This document shows, one piece after another, positions 35,871 through 43,388 of a stretch of 43,388 nt of DNA. Numbering within the stretch: position 1 is the first letter of the stretch; every line of letters begins with the position of its first letter. The notes under the pieces were generated by a model. That model saw only the letters and a program-made list of their open reading frames with translations, was not told the origin of the DNA and searched no databases. Origin of the DNA: an uncultured Fibrobacterota bacterium (lineage in GTDB: Bacteria > Fibrobacterota > Chitinivibrionia > Chitinivibrionales > FEN-1185); NCBI GenBank assembly GCA_963729895.1, contig CAVSQB010000034.1, forward strand, positions 1-43,388, written 5' to 3'. The position numbers and the translations under genes are program-made.

Positions 35871-38573
35871 CTAATTATTTCGTTGCTCCCACTTGATTTC
35901 CGGTATCTTCTTTATGTTGATAAGAAAATAATACCCCGGATTATACCCGGCAGGCCGCCAGTCGAAGCTCATGTCCCAGCATTCCTGGTCGTAATGAAAA
36001 TGGAGATTGTGGTCGACGAGCTGGTTGGTGACAAAATTGTACGTGCTGCTCCACGAAACCGACCAGTTGCGTGTGAAGTTGACGGATGCCGACGTGCCCA
36101 GGCTGTATTGTTTGGCGGTGACGAAGGGGTCGGTGGGCTCAGAGCGCGTCTGCGAAAACGTGTACGCCGGGCTGATGCCCACCTGCCACTGCTGGGGGCC
36201 GGCGTGCAGGTAGTGAAGGTCGAACTTCGGCTGCAGGCTGTCGGCCGCGATCTTGTCCCCTTCCCAGAGCGTGCCGTGGAGGCCGAGGGATTTGGAGGGT
36301 GAGATGTTGACGCTGTACTGGCGCAGCAGCGGGAGCGAGAGCCGGTTGTTCTGATCGTACATCCAGAAGTCCGAGCTGTACGAGACGTTCACGATGTCGT
36401 ACCCGGTGCTTGCCGAGAGGGTAAGGTCGCTGAATTTCCTGGTGGGCGCCTCGAAATCGTAGGAGGTTGAGAGGTTTGCGGTGAGGAGCTGGATCTTCTT
36501 CTCCACGGGCTTTCCGTCCGGGGTAGCCGGCTTGTCAAGCAATTTTCCCTGGAATTCGTTGGCGAGGCTGATGCCGAGACTCTGGCTTGGTATGGCCTTT
36601 GCGGGCGCGTACGGCTCAAGAGGCGTGAACTGCACGTCAAGGTCGTGCTTGGGCGTGTAGGTGTAGCTGAGCGTGGGCGTAAAGGTATGCCTTAACCCGG
36701 CAAAGTTGAACAGGTGGATGGGAAACACGCCGTAGAGGATGGTGCTCGCGCTCACGCCCGCGTTCCAGGAATAGTCGCTTTTCCACCGGTTGTAAGCCTT
36801 GTAATGCGGCCTCTTGATTGTTCCCACGCTGTCGACCGCTCTGTACAGGGTATCGTACACCTTCGTGATGTTGTTGAGGGTGTCGAAGGTGGTTGCGATA
36901 TACGGCTGCGGGGATTTTAGGAACAATTGCGCTTTTGTCAATGTATCGTACACGGTGTCCGCAAGATACATGGTGTCGTCGGCGGACGTGTCCATATACA
37001 TGTCGAACGTCGACGCCTGGGCGTTGAAATTGGGCGTAATGGTGATATACTTGAAAAAAGTCTGCGGCGACGACAGGGTAAACGACTGGGACAGCGCCTT
37101 TCTCTGGTAGTTCTGGCCCGTGTCTCCGGCAGCGAAATAATTTCGCAGGAGGCCGTTTGCCGAATAGGAATAGAAGATCTTGTTGTACCAGGCTTGCTCC
37201 TGCTTGTCTTTGTCGGGAACGTCTTCCTTTGGTGTAAAGGGGATGATGGGACGCGACGGCAGGCTGAAGGTCACGTTCGGAAGGTCTTCCACGACCTGGC
37301 CGTCGGACAGGTTCTGGTCCCTGTTCCAGGTCACGCTGCCGCTTGCGTTGATAGACGGGAATCTTTGCGTCAGCGACAGGTTGGCGTTGATGGTCTGGTT
37401 GAGGATCTGCGAAGAATCCTCGGAATAGGTGGTCCAGAACGACTTGGTGCCGAGCATGCTGCCGCGGCCGGCGAGCGTGGTGTTGCCGTCGGGCGTGATG
37501 TTCTGGCTGTGCGAGTAGTCGATCGACCACTGGTCGCTTCTGCTGAGAAAGGTGCCGTTGTCGGCGTACTGACCGGTAATCGCGCCGTTGAGCCAGTACT
37601 TGAGCGCGTACCGGGCGGAGCCGTTAAAGACGTAATTGTTGAATTCCTGGATCTTGGCCCACGCGGAGAAGTCCATGTACTCGTTGGGCACGAAGTAGTA
37701 TCCTATATTGTCAAGGTAGCCGCCGGATTCCGGCTGCCCACCCCAGATGGGGGTGAGGAAACCGCTCTTGCGGTTGCGCTCCAGGGGAAAAATAAAATAG
37801 GGAAGCCATGCCACGGGCGCATCGCCGAGCGCGAACACCACAGGCCGGCTGATGACCTGGTTGTCGGGTATCACCTTGACGGTTTTGCCGTAAAAGTAGT
37901 AGTCGGGCGTGTCGACAAAAGCGCACGTGGTGTAGTTGCCTTCCTCGATGTACAGATCGTTGTTTTCCGCTTTGACAATCTTGTCGCCGTTGAAATAGGC
38001 GTCGTCCATGTGGGCGCTCGCATATTTCACCCTGCCCCGTTTGGTCTTTATGTTGTATACCATGGATTCGCCCACCGTGGTGTCTTTCTTCTCCACGAGC
38101 TGGGGCTGGCCCGTGGCGACGAGAATGCCGTCATCGAGGTAATAGGTGATCGAGTCTGCGTTGAGCGTGATGTCCTGGTATTTCACCACCGCGTTGTGGA
38201 TGAGTTTAAGCATCTTGTTCGCCACGTCGTAATCGATGTACCCGCCGTCGGCGCTGTAGTACACGGTGTCGGTCATGCCTTTTGACCTGGACCCTTTGGC
38301 CGTATCCTTGGCCGTGCCGGCTTTCCCCGTCTTTAGAGGTGCGAGCGGCGGGGAGGCATTCTTCCGCGACGTATCTGCGGAAGCCGCGATCCCGGTTTTT
38401 GCGGCGGTGTCGAGGGGGGCATTGATTCGTGCGGAATCTGCGGGCGGCGCGATCCCGCCTTTGGCGGCGATGCCGGGTGCGGAAGGTTGCGCCGTGCACG
38501 GCGCCGCGAACAAAGCCGCACAGAGGCAGGCGCAGAAAAGCGCACGGTTGGAATAATGGAATGGTTCAGGCAT
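35871..38573 (-). CDS. lptD: LPS-assembly outer-membrane protein LptD (FCB-type)
   Basis: OstA-like N-terminal domain, NYTTCA..PDYYF, WLPYFIFP..RKSGFLTP and a beta-barrel ending ECWDMSFDW. Confidence 0.9.
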   Translation of the reverse strand: MPEPFHYSNRALFCACLCAALFAAPCTAQPSAPGIAAKGGIAPPADSARINAPLDTAAKTGIAASADTSRKNASPPLAPLKTGKAGTAKDTAKGSRSKGMTDTVYYSADGGYIDYDVANKMLKLIHNAVVKYQDITLNADSITYYLDDGILVATGQPQLVEKKDTTVGESMVYNIKTKRGRVKYASAHMDDAYFNGDKIVKAENNDLYIEEGNYTTCAFVDTPDYYFYGKTVKVIPDNQVISRPVVFALGDAPVAWLPYFIFPLERNRKSGFLTPIWGGQPESGGYLDNIGYYFVPNEYMDFSAWAKIQEFNNYVFNGSARYALKYWLNGAITGQYADNGTFLSRSDQWSIDYSHSQNITPDGNTTLAGRGSMLGTKSFWTTYSEDSSQILNQTINANLSLTQRFPSINASGSVTWNRDQNLSDGQVVEDLPNVTFSLPSRPIIPFTPKEDVPDKDKQEQAWYNKIFYSYSANGLLRNYFAAGDTGQNYQRKALSQSFTLSSPQTFFKYITITPNFNAQASTFDMYMDTSADDTMYLADTVYDTLTKAQLFLKSPQPYIATTFDTLNNITKVYDTLYRAVDSVGTIKRPHYKAYNRWKSDYSWNAGVSASTILYGVFPIHLFNFAGLRHTFTPTLSYTYTPKHDLDVQFTPLEPYAPAKAIPSQSLGISLANEFQGKLLDKPATPDGKPVEKKIQLLTANLSTSYDFEAPTRKFSDLTLSASTGYDIVNVSYSSDFWMYDQNNRLSLPLLRQYSVNISPSKSLGLHGTLWEGDKIAADSLQPKFDLHYLHAGPQQWQVGISPAYTFSQTRSEPTDPFVTAKQYSLGTSASVNFTRNWSVSWSSTYNFVTNQLVDHNLHFHYDQECWDMSFDWRPAGYNPGYYFLINIKKIPEIKWEQRNN

Positions 38574-38754
38574 GATGGCTCGAACGTGGATTCCTTTGCC
38601 GGGTAAAATACTTTAGAGCAGAGCAACGTCATGAGGAATAGGTGCATTCCCGGGTTATTACGGAGATGATGCGTCCGCCGTTGTAAAGCCGCCGGGCCGG
38701 GCGACGGGCAAAAGTCAAGATGCGCCCCGCGGCACGGCCTTCAAAGATTTGTTC

Positions 38755-39417
38755 TCAACCGTCAATCGCAACGCCGCCTTTGCCCCGCCTTCGCGCCGAC
38801 TTCTTCCTGCTTCGCACGCGCCGCTGCAAATAGAACAGGACGATCATCATCGCTCCGAGCAGAATGCCCTTGAGGTACACGCCGCCCCACATCGGCGGTT
38901 TGGGATAATACACGCGGCCGGTAAAGATGAGAGGCTGCATGGTGTCGCCGCACGTGTCAAACGCGAGGAGCCCCACCTGGTACGCGCCCGCCGAATCGTG
39001 CCAGATGCTGTCCCAGGGAATCACCCATTCTGCGGCGATGCCCTTTCCGGGTGCGCCGGCCAGCGGCGCGGTCTTGTAGAAGAAACGCGTCGAATCGAGT
39101 GAGGCATGCAGTTCCATAAAAGAATACGGAGAAAGCCGGTGGGGAAGGAAGCGGAATTTCCACAATCCGCACCCCGCGGGTTTGCCGGAGGCGAAATAGC
39201 CGGTGAGGCCGTCGCGCGTGTTAAGCACGTCGCAGAGCCAGAGCGAATCTTTGTCGAGAGGGAAGGCGTTTGCCCTGGTCCATTCGAGCAGAAAGCCGTC
39301 GAGCTGAATGGACCTGCCGTCGCGGGTAACGCCGTGCACCTGCACGGCTGCCGCCGTCGAGGCGGCGGCATGCAGCGCCAGCCAGAGCAGAATAATTCCT
39401 TTTGTCAACGTGCGCAT
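38755..39417 (-). CDS. Exported, C-terminally membrane-anchored hypothetical protein
   Basis: Signal peptide, IQLDGFLLEW and AEWVIPW (CBM9/DOMON-like flavour), C-terminal TM helix with basic tail; overlaps the upstream gene. Confidence 0.7.
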   Translation of the reverse strand: MRTLTKGIILLWLALHAAASTAAAVQVHGVTRDGRSIQLDGFLLEWTRANAFPLDKDSLWLCDVLNTRDGLTGYFASGKPAGCGLWKFRFLPHRLSPYSFMELHASLDSTRFFYKTAPLAGAPGKGIAAEWVIPWDSIWHDSAGAYQVGLLAFDTCGDTMQPLIFTGRVYYPKPPMWGGVYLKGILLGAMMIVLFYLQRRVRSRKKSARRRGKGGVAIDG

Positions 39418-40223
39418 CTGAATCCTATGCTCACTTCCCCGAAATTGGGCTCAAACCAGTGGCGGTTCTTTATTCGCAGCTGGGAAGGCGTGCTGTACCA
39501 TCCGCCGCCGCGTATGGCGCGGTACTGGCCCACCTCCGCTCCGGGCGGGTCCGATTGCGGGGACACCGTATAGTAGTCGGGCGAGTAATGATCGGCCGTC
39601 CATTCCCACACGTTGCCGGTCATGTCGTACAGGCCCCAGTGATTGGGCTCAAACGATGCGACCTTGTCGGGCCGCGTTGCGGGCGGCTGCGTGCAGCGCG
39701 CGGCCGACGGCGGAGAATCTCCCCAGGAATACGTGGCGCCTTGCCCGGCCCCGGCCGCGTATTCCCACTGGGCCTCGGTGGGAAGCCTTTTTCCTTTAGC
39801 CTGGCAGTACGCCTGGGCCTGAAACCAGGTGACGCACACAACAGGATACCGCGCGTTGCGAAGCTCCCCCGGCACGCGCACGTTGCGAAAGCCGTCATTT
39901 GTCCAGATCACGCAGGCGCCGTCGTCGTAGTGGGCGGGCGTGCACCGGCCCGCGGCAACGCACGAATCGTATGCCGCGAACGTGACCTCTGTTTTGTCAA
40001 TTAAGAACGGGGACAGCGTCACCCGGTGGGCGGGCGCTTCGTTCTGCCCGCCCGTATCGCCGCCCATGGTGAAGGTCCCGCCGGCCAGGGAGGCCATTTG
40101 GGCCATAAGCAAAGATGCCTGCGCGGCAATGATCCAGAAGAAACGGTGCGGCGCAACAATCATGCGTTGTCCAAGGCCGGGAAGCCGGATGCGGAACGCT
40201 CCCGCGTTCGCCGTTTTGAGCAT
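39405..40223 (-). CDS. FGE-sulfatase (SUMF1-like) domain protein
   Basis: FTMGG, TEVT, PVVCVTW, RLPTEAQWEYAA, NHWGLYDMTGNVWEW, RGGGW and IGFRC; lacks the catalytic FGE CxxxxC motif. Confidence 0.9.
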   Translation of the reverse strand: MLKTANAGAFRIRLPGLGQRMIVAPHRFFWIIAAQASLLMAQMASLAGGTFTMGGDTGGQNEAPAHRVTLSPFLIDKTEVTFAAYDSCVAAGRCTPAHYDDGACVIWTNDGFRNVRVPGELRNARYPVVCVTWFQAQAYCQAKGKRLPTEAQWEYAAGAGQGATYSWGDSPPSAARCTQPPATRPDKVASFEPNHWGLYDMTGNVWEWTADHYSPDYYTVSPQSDPPGAEVGQYRAIRGGGWYSTPSQLRIKNRHWFEPNFGEVSIGFRCAR

Positions 40224-40934
40224 CTACTTCCCCGCTTCATGCAATTCCACGCCCAGGAGAATGGCGGCAAAGACAACAAATGCGCCTGCGGCGGCCAGAG
40301 CGGCCACGCGATCGAACCCTGTTTTTCTTGGCGGAGCAACCGGCTGCTTGGGGGCGGCGCCGGTTTTGGGGACAGGTTGCAACATCACCGCTACGGTATC
40401 GGTTTTTCCCTCCGTCAAAGTAACTTGCTTTTCAAGAGGAACAAAACCTGCCTTGCTCAACTTGAGAGCATGAGTGCCCGGTTTGATCCCGGGGTTGTCG
40501 TACGGCGTTGCGCCCATTTCTTTACCGTCCATGAGCGCAGTTGCGCCGGGCGGGTCACTGGTGACCACCAGATGCGCCGGCGCCACCAGCGTGACGGCCA
40601 GATCAACGGTGGTGTCGGCAGGAACGTCGACGATCACCTTCTTGCCGAAGTAGCCTTTTGCCTTTACGATAATCACGTGCGTCCCGGGCAGGAGACTGTC
40701 GACAACTACCGGGCTTGCGCCCTTTGGAATGCTGTCCACGTTTACGTCGGCCTGAGGCGGAGTTGAAACAATTGACAATCGCCCGAGGTGTTTGCGGGCG
40801 GCTGTACCGGGCACGGCAGCGGCTGCCTTTTTCGGAACAAGCGTATCTTTGCTTGCGGTTGGCGCGTTACCGGATTCTGCGAACAGTGAAAGGGGAAGAA
40901 TCAGCGCGAACGCCAGACAGAGATTCTTTTTCAT
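40224..40934 (-). CDS. PEGA-domain membrane protein
   Basis: Two PEGA repeats (LSIVSTPPQADV, LVVTSDPPGATALMDG..GATP), signal peptide MKKNLCL and a C-terminal TM helix. Confidence 0.88.
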   Translation of the reverse strand: MKKNLCLAFALILPLSLFAESGNAPTASKDTLVPKKAAAAVPGTAARKHLGRLSIVSTPPQADVNVDSIPKGASPVVVDSLLPGTHVIIVKAKGYFGKKVIVDVPADTTVDLAVTLVAPAHLVVTSDPPGATALMDGKEMGATPYDNPGIKPGTHALKLSKAGFVPLEKQVTLTEGKTDTVAVMLQPVPKTGAAPKQPVAPPRKTGFDRVAALAAAGAFVVFAAILLGVELHEAGK

Positions 40935-41047
40935 CAAAGCATCCTCGCGTTGAAGAAGTCTTTCCGGTGGAAGCCCGGGGATCAGATTCGATGACAACTC
41001 CGGTTAGGTGAAAATACTATGCGAAGCTGGGGGATTGATTAAGATTT

Positions 41048-41649
41048 TGGAATGCCGGGCGGGTGCGGCGATGTCAAGACAATATTCTTATTTACAGAGC
41101 GTATTAGGCGAATATCAAGATCAAGATAATATTTTTGTTTGCTAAGCGGGTGCGGCAATATCAAGATAATATCATGGATTGCTGAGCCGGTGCGGCGTGG
41201 AGGGTGTAGCTGCAAGCCCGTACCTTCAGTTGCGCGCACCGTAACGGCACCCGGTTACAAAATTCTCAACCGAACTAACTTGTAAACTTTTCAACCGTTT
41301 AATTCGATCTATATTGACAATTGTTGATATTGCCTTCTGCCAAGCGCCAGGCCGGACTGGAGAGCGCGCTGGAGCGCGGTGCTGCCTGACCGCGGCGCGG
41401 TTGTCGAGTGCCGCTCCCCCTCGATACATCCCTGCGGGACACTCGGGGAGCGGCGTATCGAGACAACGCGCCTTGGCGGCAGGCAGCACTGAGGCCGAAC
41501 GGCCGAGCCCGAAAGGAGGGCCGCCGTCCCGGTGGGGACGGGGCGCCCAAGTCTTCACCCATTTACTCCACCTATGGGGTCACCCGGCACTGCTATCCAA
41601 AGGCACTTATTTATTGTAGTTTCCGGCTCAGCCAACCAGGTTCATTTGA
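41048..41649 (+). repeat. Longest composite modular repeat: tandem 40-47 bp end units, modules, core with nested REP, right end
   Basis: Degenerate units TGGATTGCTGAGCCGGTGCGGCG-AATATCAAGATAATAT at 41048..41197; ends CCGGCTCAGCCAACCAGGTTCATTTGA. Confidence 0.88.
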
Positions 41650-41676
41650 TTCACATTTGGATATCGTGAACGCGGA

Positions 41677-41937
41677 TTACTTACCGAATTCCTCGAAGGG
41701 AATCGCCTCGTCGATGAGCATGATAGGAATATCTTCGCGGATGGGATAGAGGTATTTTTTGTCTTGGCGGAGCAGCCCCGAGTCGATGGCTTCCTTGATC
41801 ACTTCGCCGCCCCGGTTCTTGAGCGTGCCTTCCTTGATTTTTGCATTGATTCTCTTGATGACGTCGCCTTCGACAAGGGCCACGTCCTGCTTTGTTTCGG
41901 GACAGCAGAGGATATCGAGCAGTTCTTTGTCGACCAT
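41677..41937 (-). CDS. Trm112-like / UPF0434 (YcaR-like) protein
   Basis: LLDILCCPETK..YPIREDIPIMLIDEA; AAGGAG RBS. Confidence 0.9.
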   Translation of the reverse strand: MVDKELLDILCCPETKQDVALVEGDVIKRINAKIKEGTLKNRGGEVIKEAIDSGLLRQDKKYLYPIREDIPIMLIDEAIPFEEFGK

Positions 41938-42048
41938 GGGGGCGCTCCTTGTTTTGTCAGGGTTTTCCTAAAATACATCGCCAGCCGGATAAAGCAAAAT
42001 TCTAAAGAAGAAGAGACCTGGGAAAACTAAATGAATTGAATCCCATTT

Positions 42049-42128
42049 TGGATTGCCGAGCCGGTGCGGCGTGGAGGGCGTAGCTGCAAGCCCGTGCCTC
42101 CGGTTGCGCGCACCGTACCGGCACCCGG
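42049..42128 (+). repeat. Solo 80-bp module of the repeat family
   Basis: TGGATTGCCGAGCCGGTGCGGCGTGGAGGGCGTAGCTGCAAGCCCG..GCGCGCACCGTACCGGCACCCGG, near-identical to 41175..41254. Confidence 0.9.
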
Positions 42129-42491
42129 TCAGTGAAGCCACAACGGTACTTATTTGCGGGCCGCACTGACGACCTTAGGACAGCAATCCTTTACTTGACT
42201 GCTAAGAGCACAGTCGAGGACGACAGATGGCACACGATTATCGCGGTGGGGGATTAAGGGACAGACGGCACGATCAAGGATGATCGTGGCACGTGGGGTT
42301 ACGGGGCGCGATGATGATTGTGGACAGGGCTGCCGTGCGAACCTGACACGGGACTTTGAAATTTTGGTAACACCGGATTCCGACGGTGGCACTCCTGTTC
42401 CCGTTTGACAAAAAGCTCTTTAAGAATCTATTTTGTCCATTAGTAATACTTGGGGTTACGGCTGACCATATCCCTGAGCGAATGTGGCCTT

Positions 42492-43388
42492 ATGAAGAGA
42501 TTCCTTTGTATCGGCCTGTGCCTGATTCCATTCGTGACGGGCTGCACACAATACTACATCCATATCAAGACCATTCCTCCCGGCGAGTACGGGATTTACC
42601 TGAATAAGAAACCTTTGGGCAAAACGCCGCCTCTGGGTGACACTGTCGTCAATTCCAGAAAATTGTCCGTCTTATCCCCAGCCATCATTGAGGTAAAAAA
42701 CGACACATCGTACGGCAGGATCGGCATGGATTACGATGCTACCGCCACCCAGATGGTCAACGTTTGTTCCGTCGAATCGCACGTGCACGGCTACTTGCAG
42801 AAATACGACGTCACGTTTCTTTTTGACATTCGACACACACCGTATACGCTCTGCGAAAAGGACTTTGATCCTAAGAATGAAGATCGTGTCTTTATTGTGA
42901 AACCGCCTCAAGACGGGTCTGTGTATTATTGCGTTCCGAATTTGAAGTTAACGCAAGGTGATGTGATAAAGATGGCTAACGAAAATGATGATCATCGATT
43001 ATTGAGCGATTGCATCGATTCGGGATCGGTGAAGAAGAAATATCCATGGGTACGGGGCGATGATGAATTTAATCTGAGGATGATGGAAGGATTGGCAGGG
43101 AAAGTGGCGGGTGTCATGGATTCTTTGCCGAGTAATGCACGGGATTTGGCAGACAGCCTGAAAATGAAGTATGTCGTGGCCTTTTATGGATATTCCATTG
43201 TCCAGCACAAGGGGGAGATAACCCCGGCCGATGTCGCGGGGGCAACCGGAATTTCTGCCGTTGGTTTGGCGTTGGCGGCTACGGCTCATGTAGGGTTTAT
43301 CGTTTTACCGAGTGCCAATCGCTGCGAATCTCTGTTGAATGTTTACTGTTCGATATTTTCGGTGAACCCGAATAAATGCATGTATACG
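42492..43388 (+). CDS. Hypothetical lipoprotein, 3'-truncated by the window edge and absent from the ORF track
   Basis: Hand translation gives MKRFLCIGLCLIPFVTGC-TQYYIHIKTIPPGEYGIYLNKKPLGKTP..., 299 open codons to the end; lipobox VTGC and a PEGA-like start. Confidence 0.8.
   Translation, partial: MKRFLCIGLCLIPFVTGCTQYYIHIKTIPPGEYGIYLNKKPLGKTPPLGDTVVNSRKLSVLSPAIIEVKNDTSYGRIGMDYDATATQMVNVCSVESHVHGYLQKYDVTFLFDIRHTPYTLCEKDFDPKNEDRVFIVKPPQDGSVYYCVPNLKLTQGDVIKMANENDDHRLLSDCIDSGSVKKKYPWVRGDDEFNLRMMEGLAGKVAGVMDSLPSNARDLADSLKMKYVVAFYGYSIVQHKGEITPADVAGATGISAVGLALAATAHVGFIVLPSANRCESLLNVYCSIFSVNPNKCMYT

Noticed and set aside
18161..38285. Long opposite-strand ORFs (e.g. 18161..20098, 21842..23875, 27606..28772, 36927..38285)
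   Set aside because: Shadows of GC-rich real genes; Arg/Gly/Val-rich and motif-free.
41048..41197. Possible CRISPR array
   Set aside because: Units are degenerate and contiguous without unique spacers, and there are no cas genes in the window.
42130..42400. Possible pseudogene or ncRNA
   Set aside because: No recognisable protein motif or convincing structure; left unannotated.
1..43388. tRNA, rRNA, prophage or defence-system genes
   Set aside because: None recognised by eye; a covariance-model scan would be needed to exclude small RNAs.

Overview
Chromosomal segment of a GC-rich diderm bacterium, most likely Fibrobacterota (Chitinivibrionia/Chitinispirillaceae-like). This is inferred from a TIGR02147-family gene and many secreted enzymes with T9SS/Por-like C-terminal domains. 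The window opens inside an IS1380 element that has interrupted a gene. It then carries a cluster of secreted glycan-degrading proteins skewed to beta-1,3-glucan (GH55, GH64, a thaumatin-like protein, GH12, a GH39/GH5-like enzyme, a CBM-only protein and three tandem GH2 paralogues), a fur-feoA-feoB operon with a consensus promoter and Fur box, a TIGR02147/DUF2341-LamG pair, and envelope or housekeeping genes (MFS, aldo/keto reductase, aminopeptidase, methyltransferase, lptD, FGE-domain, PEGA, Trm112-like). The most unusual signals are: (1) a family of modular, nested structured intergenic repeats with asymmetric inverted ends, one pair of which brackets a two-gene CAZyme block, plus a 27-28 nt hairpin cassette found at three different sites; (2) three GH2 enzymes that appear to lack the canonical acid/base glutamate; (3) a shared palindromic operator, TCCGTTAC-N8-GTAACGGA, upstream of the beta-glucanase genes. 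All family calls come from reading motifs by eye; no database searches were run.
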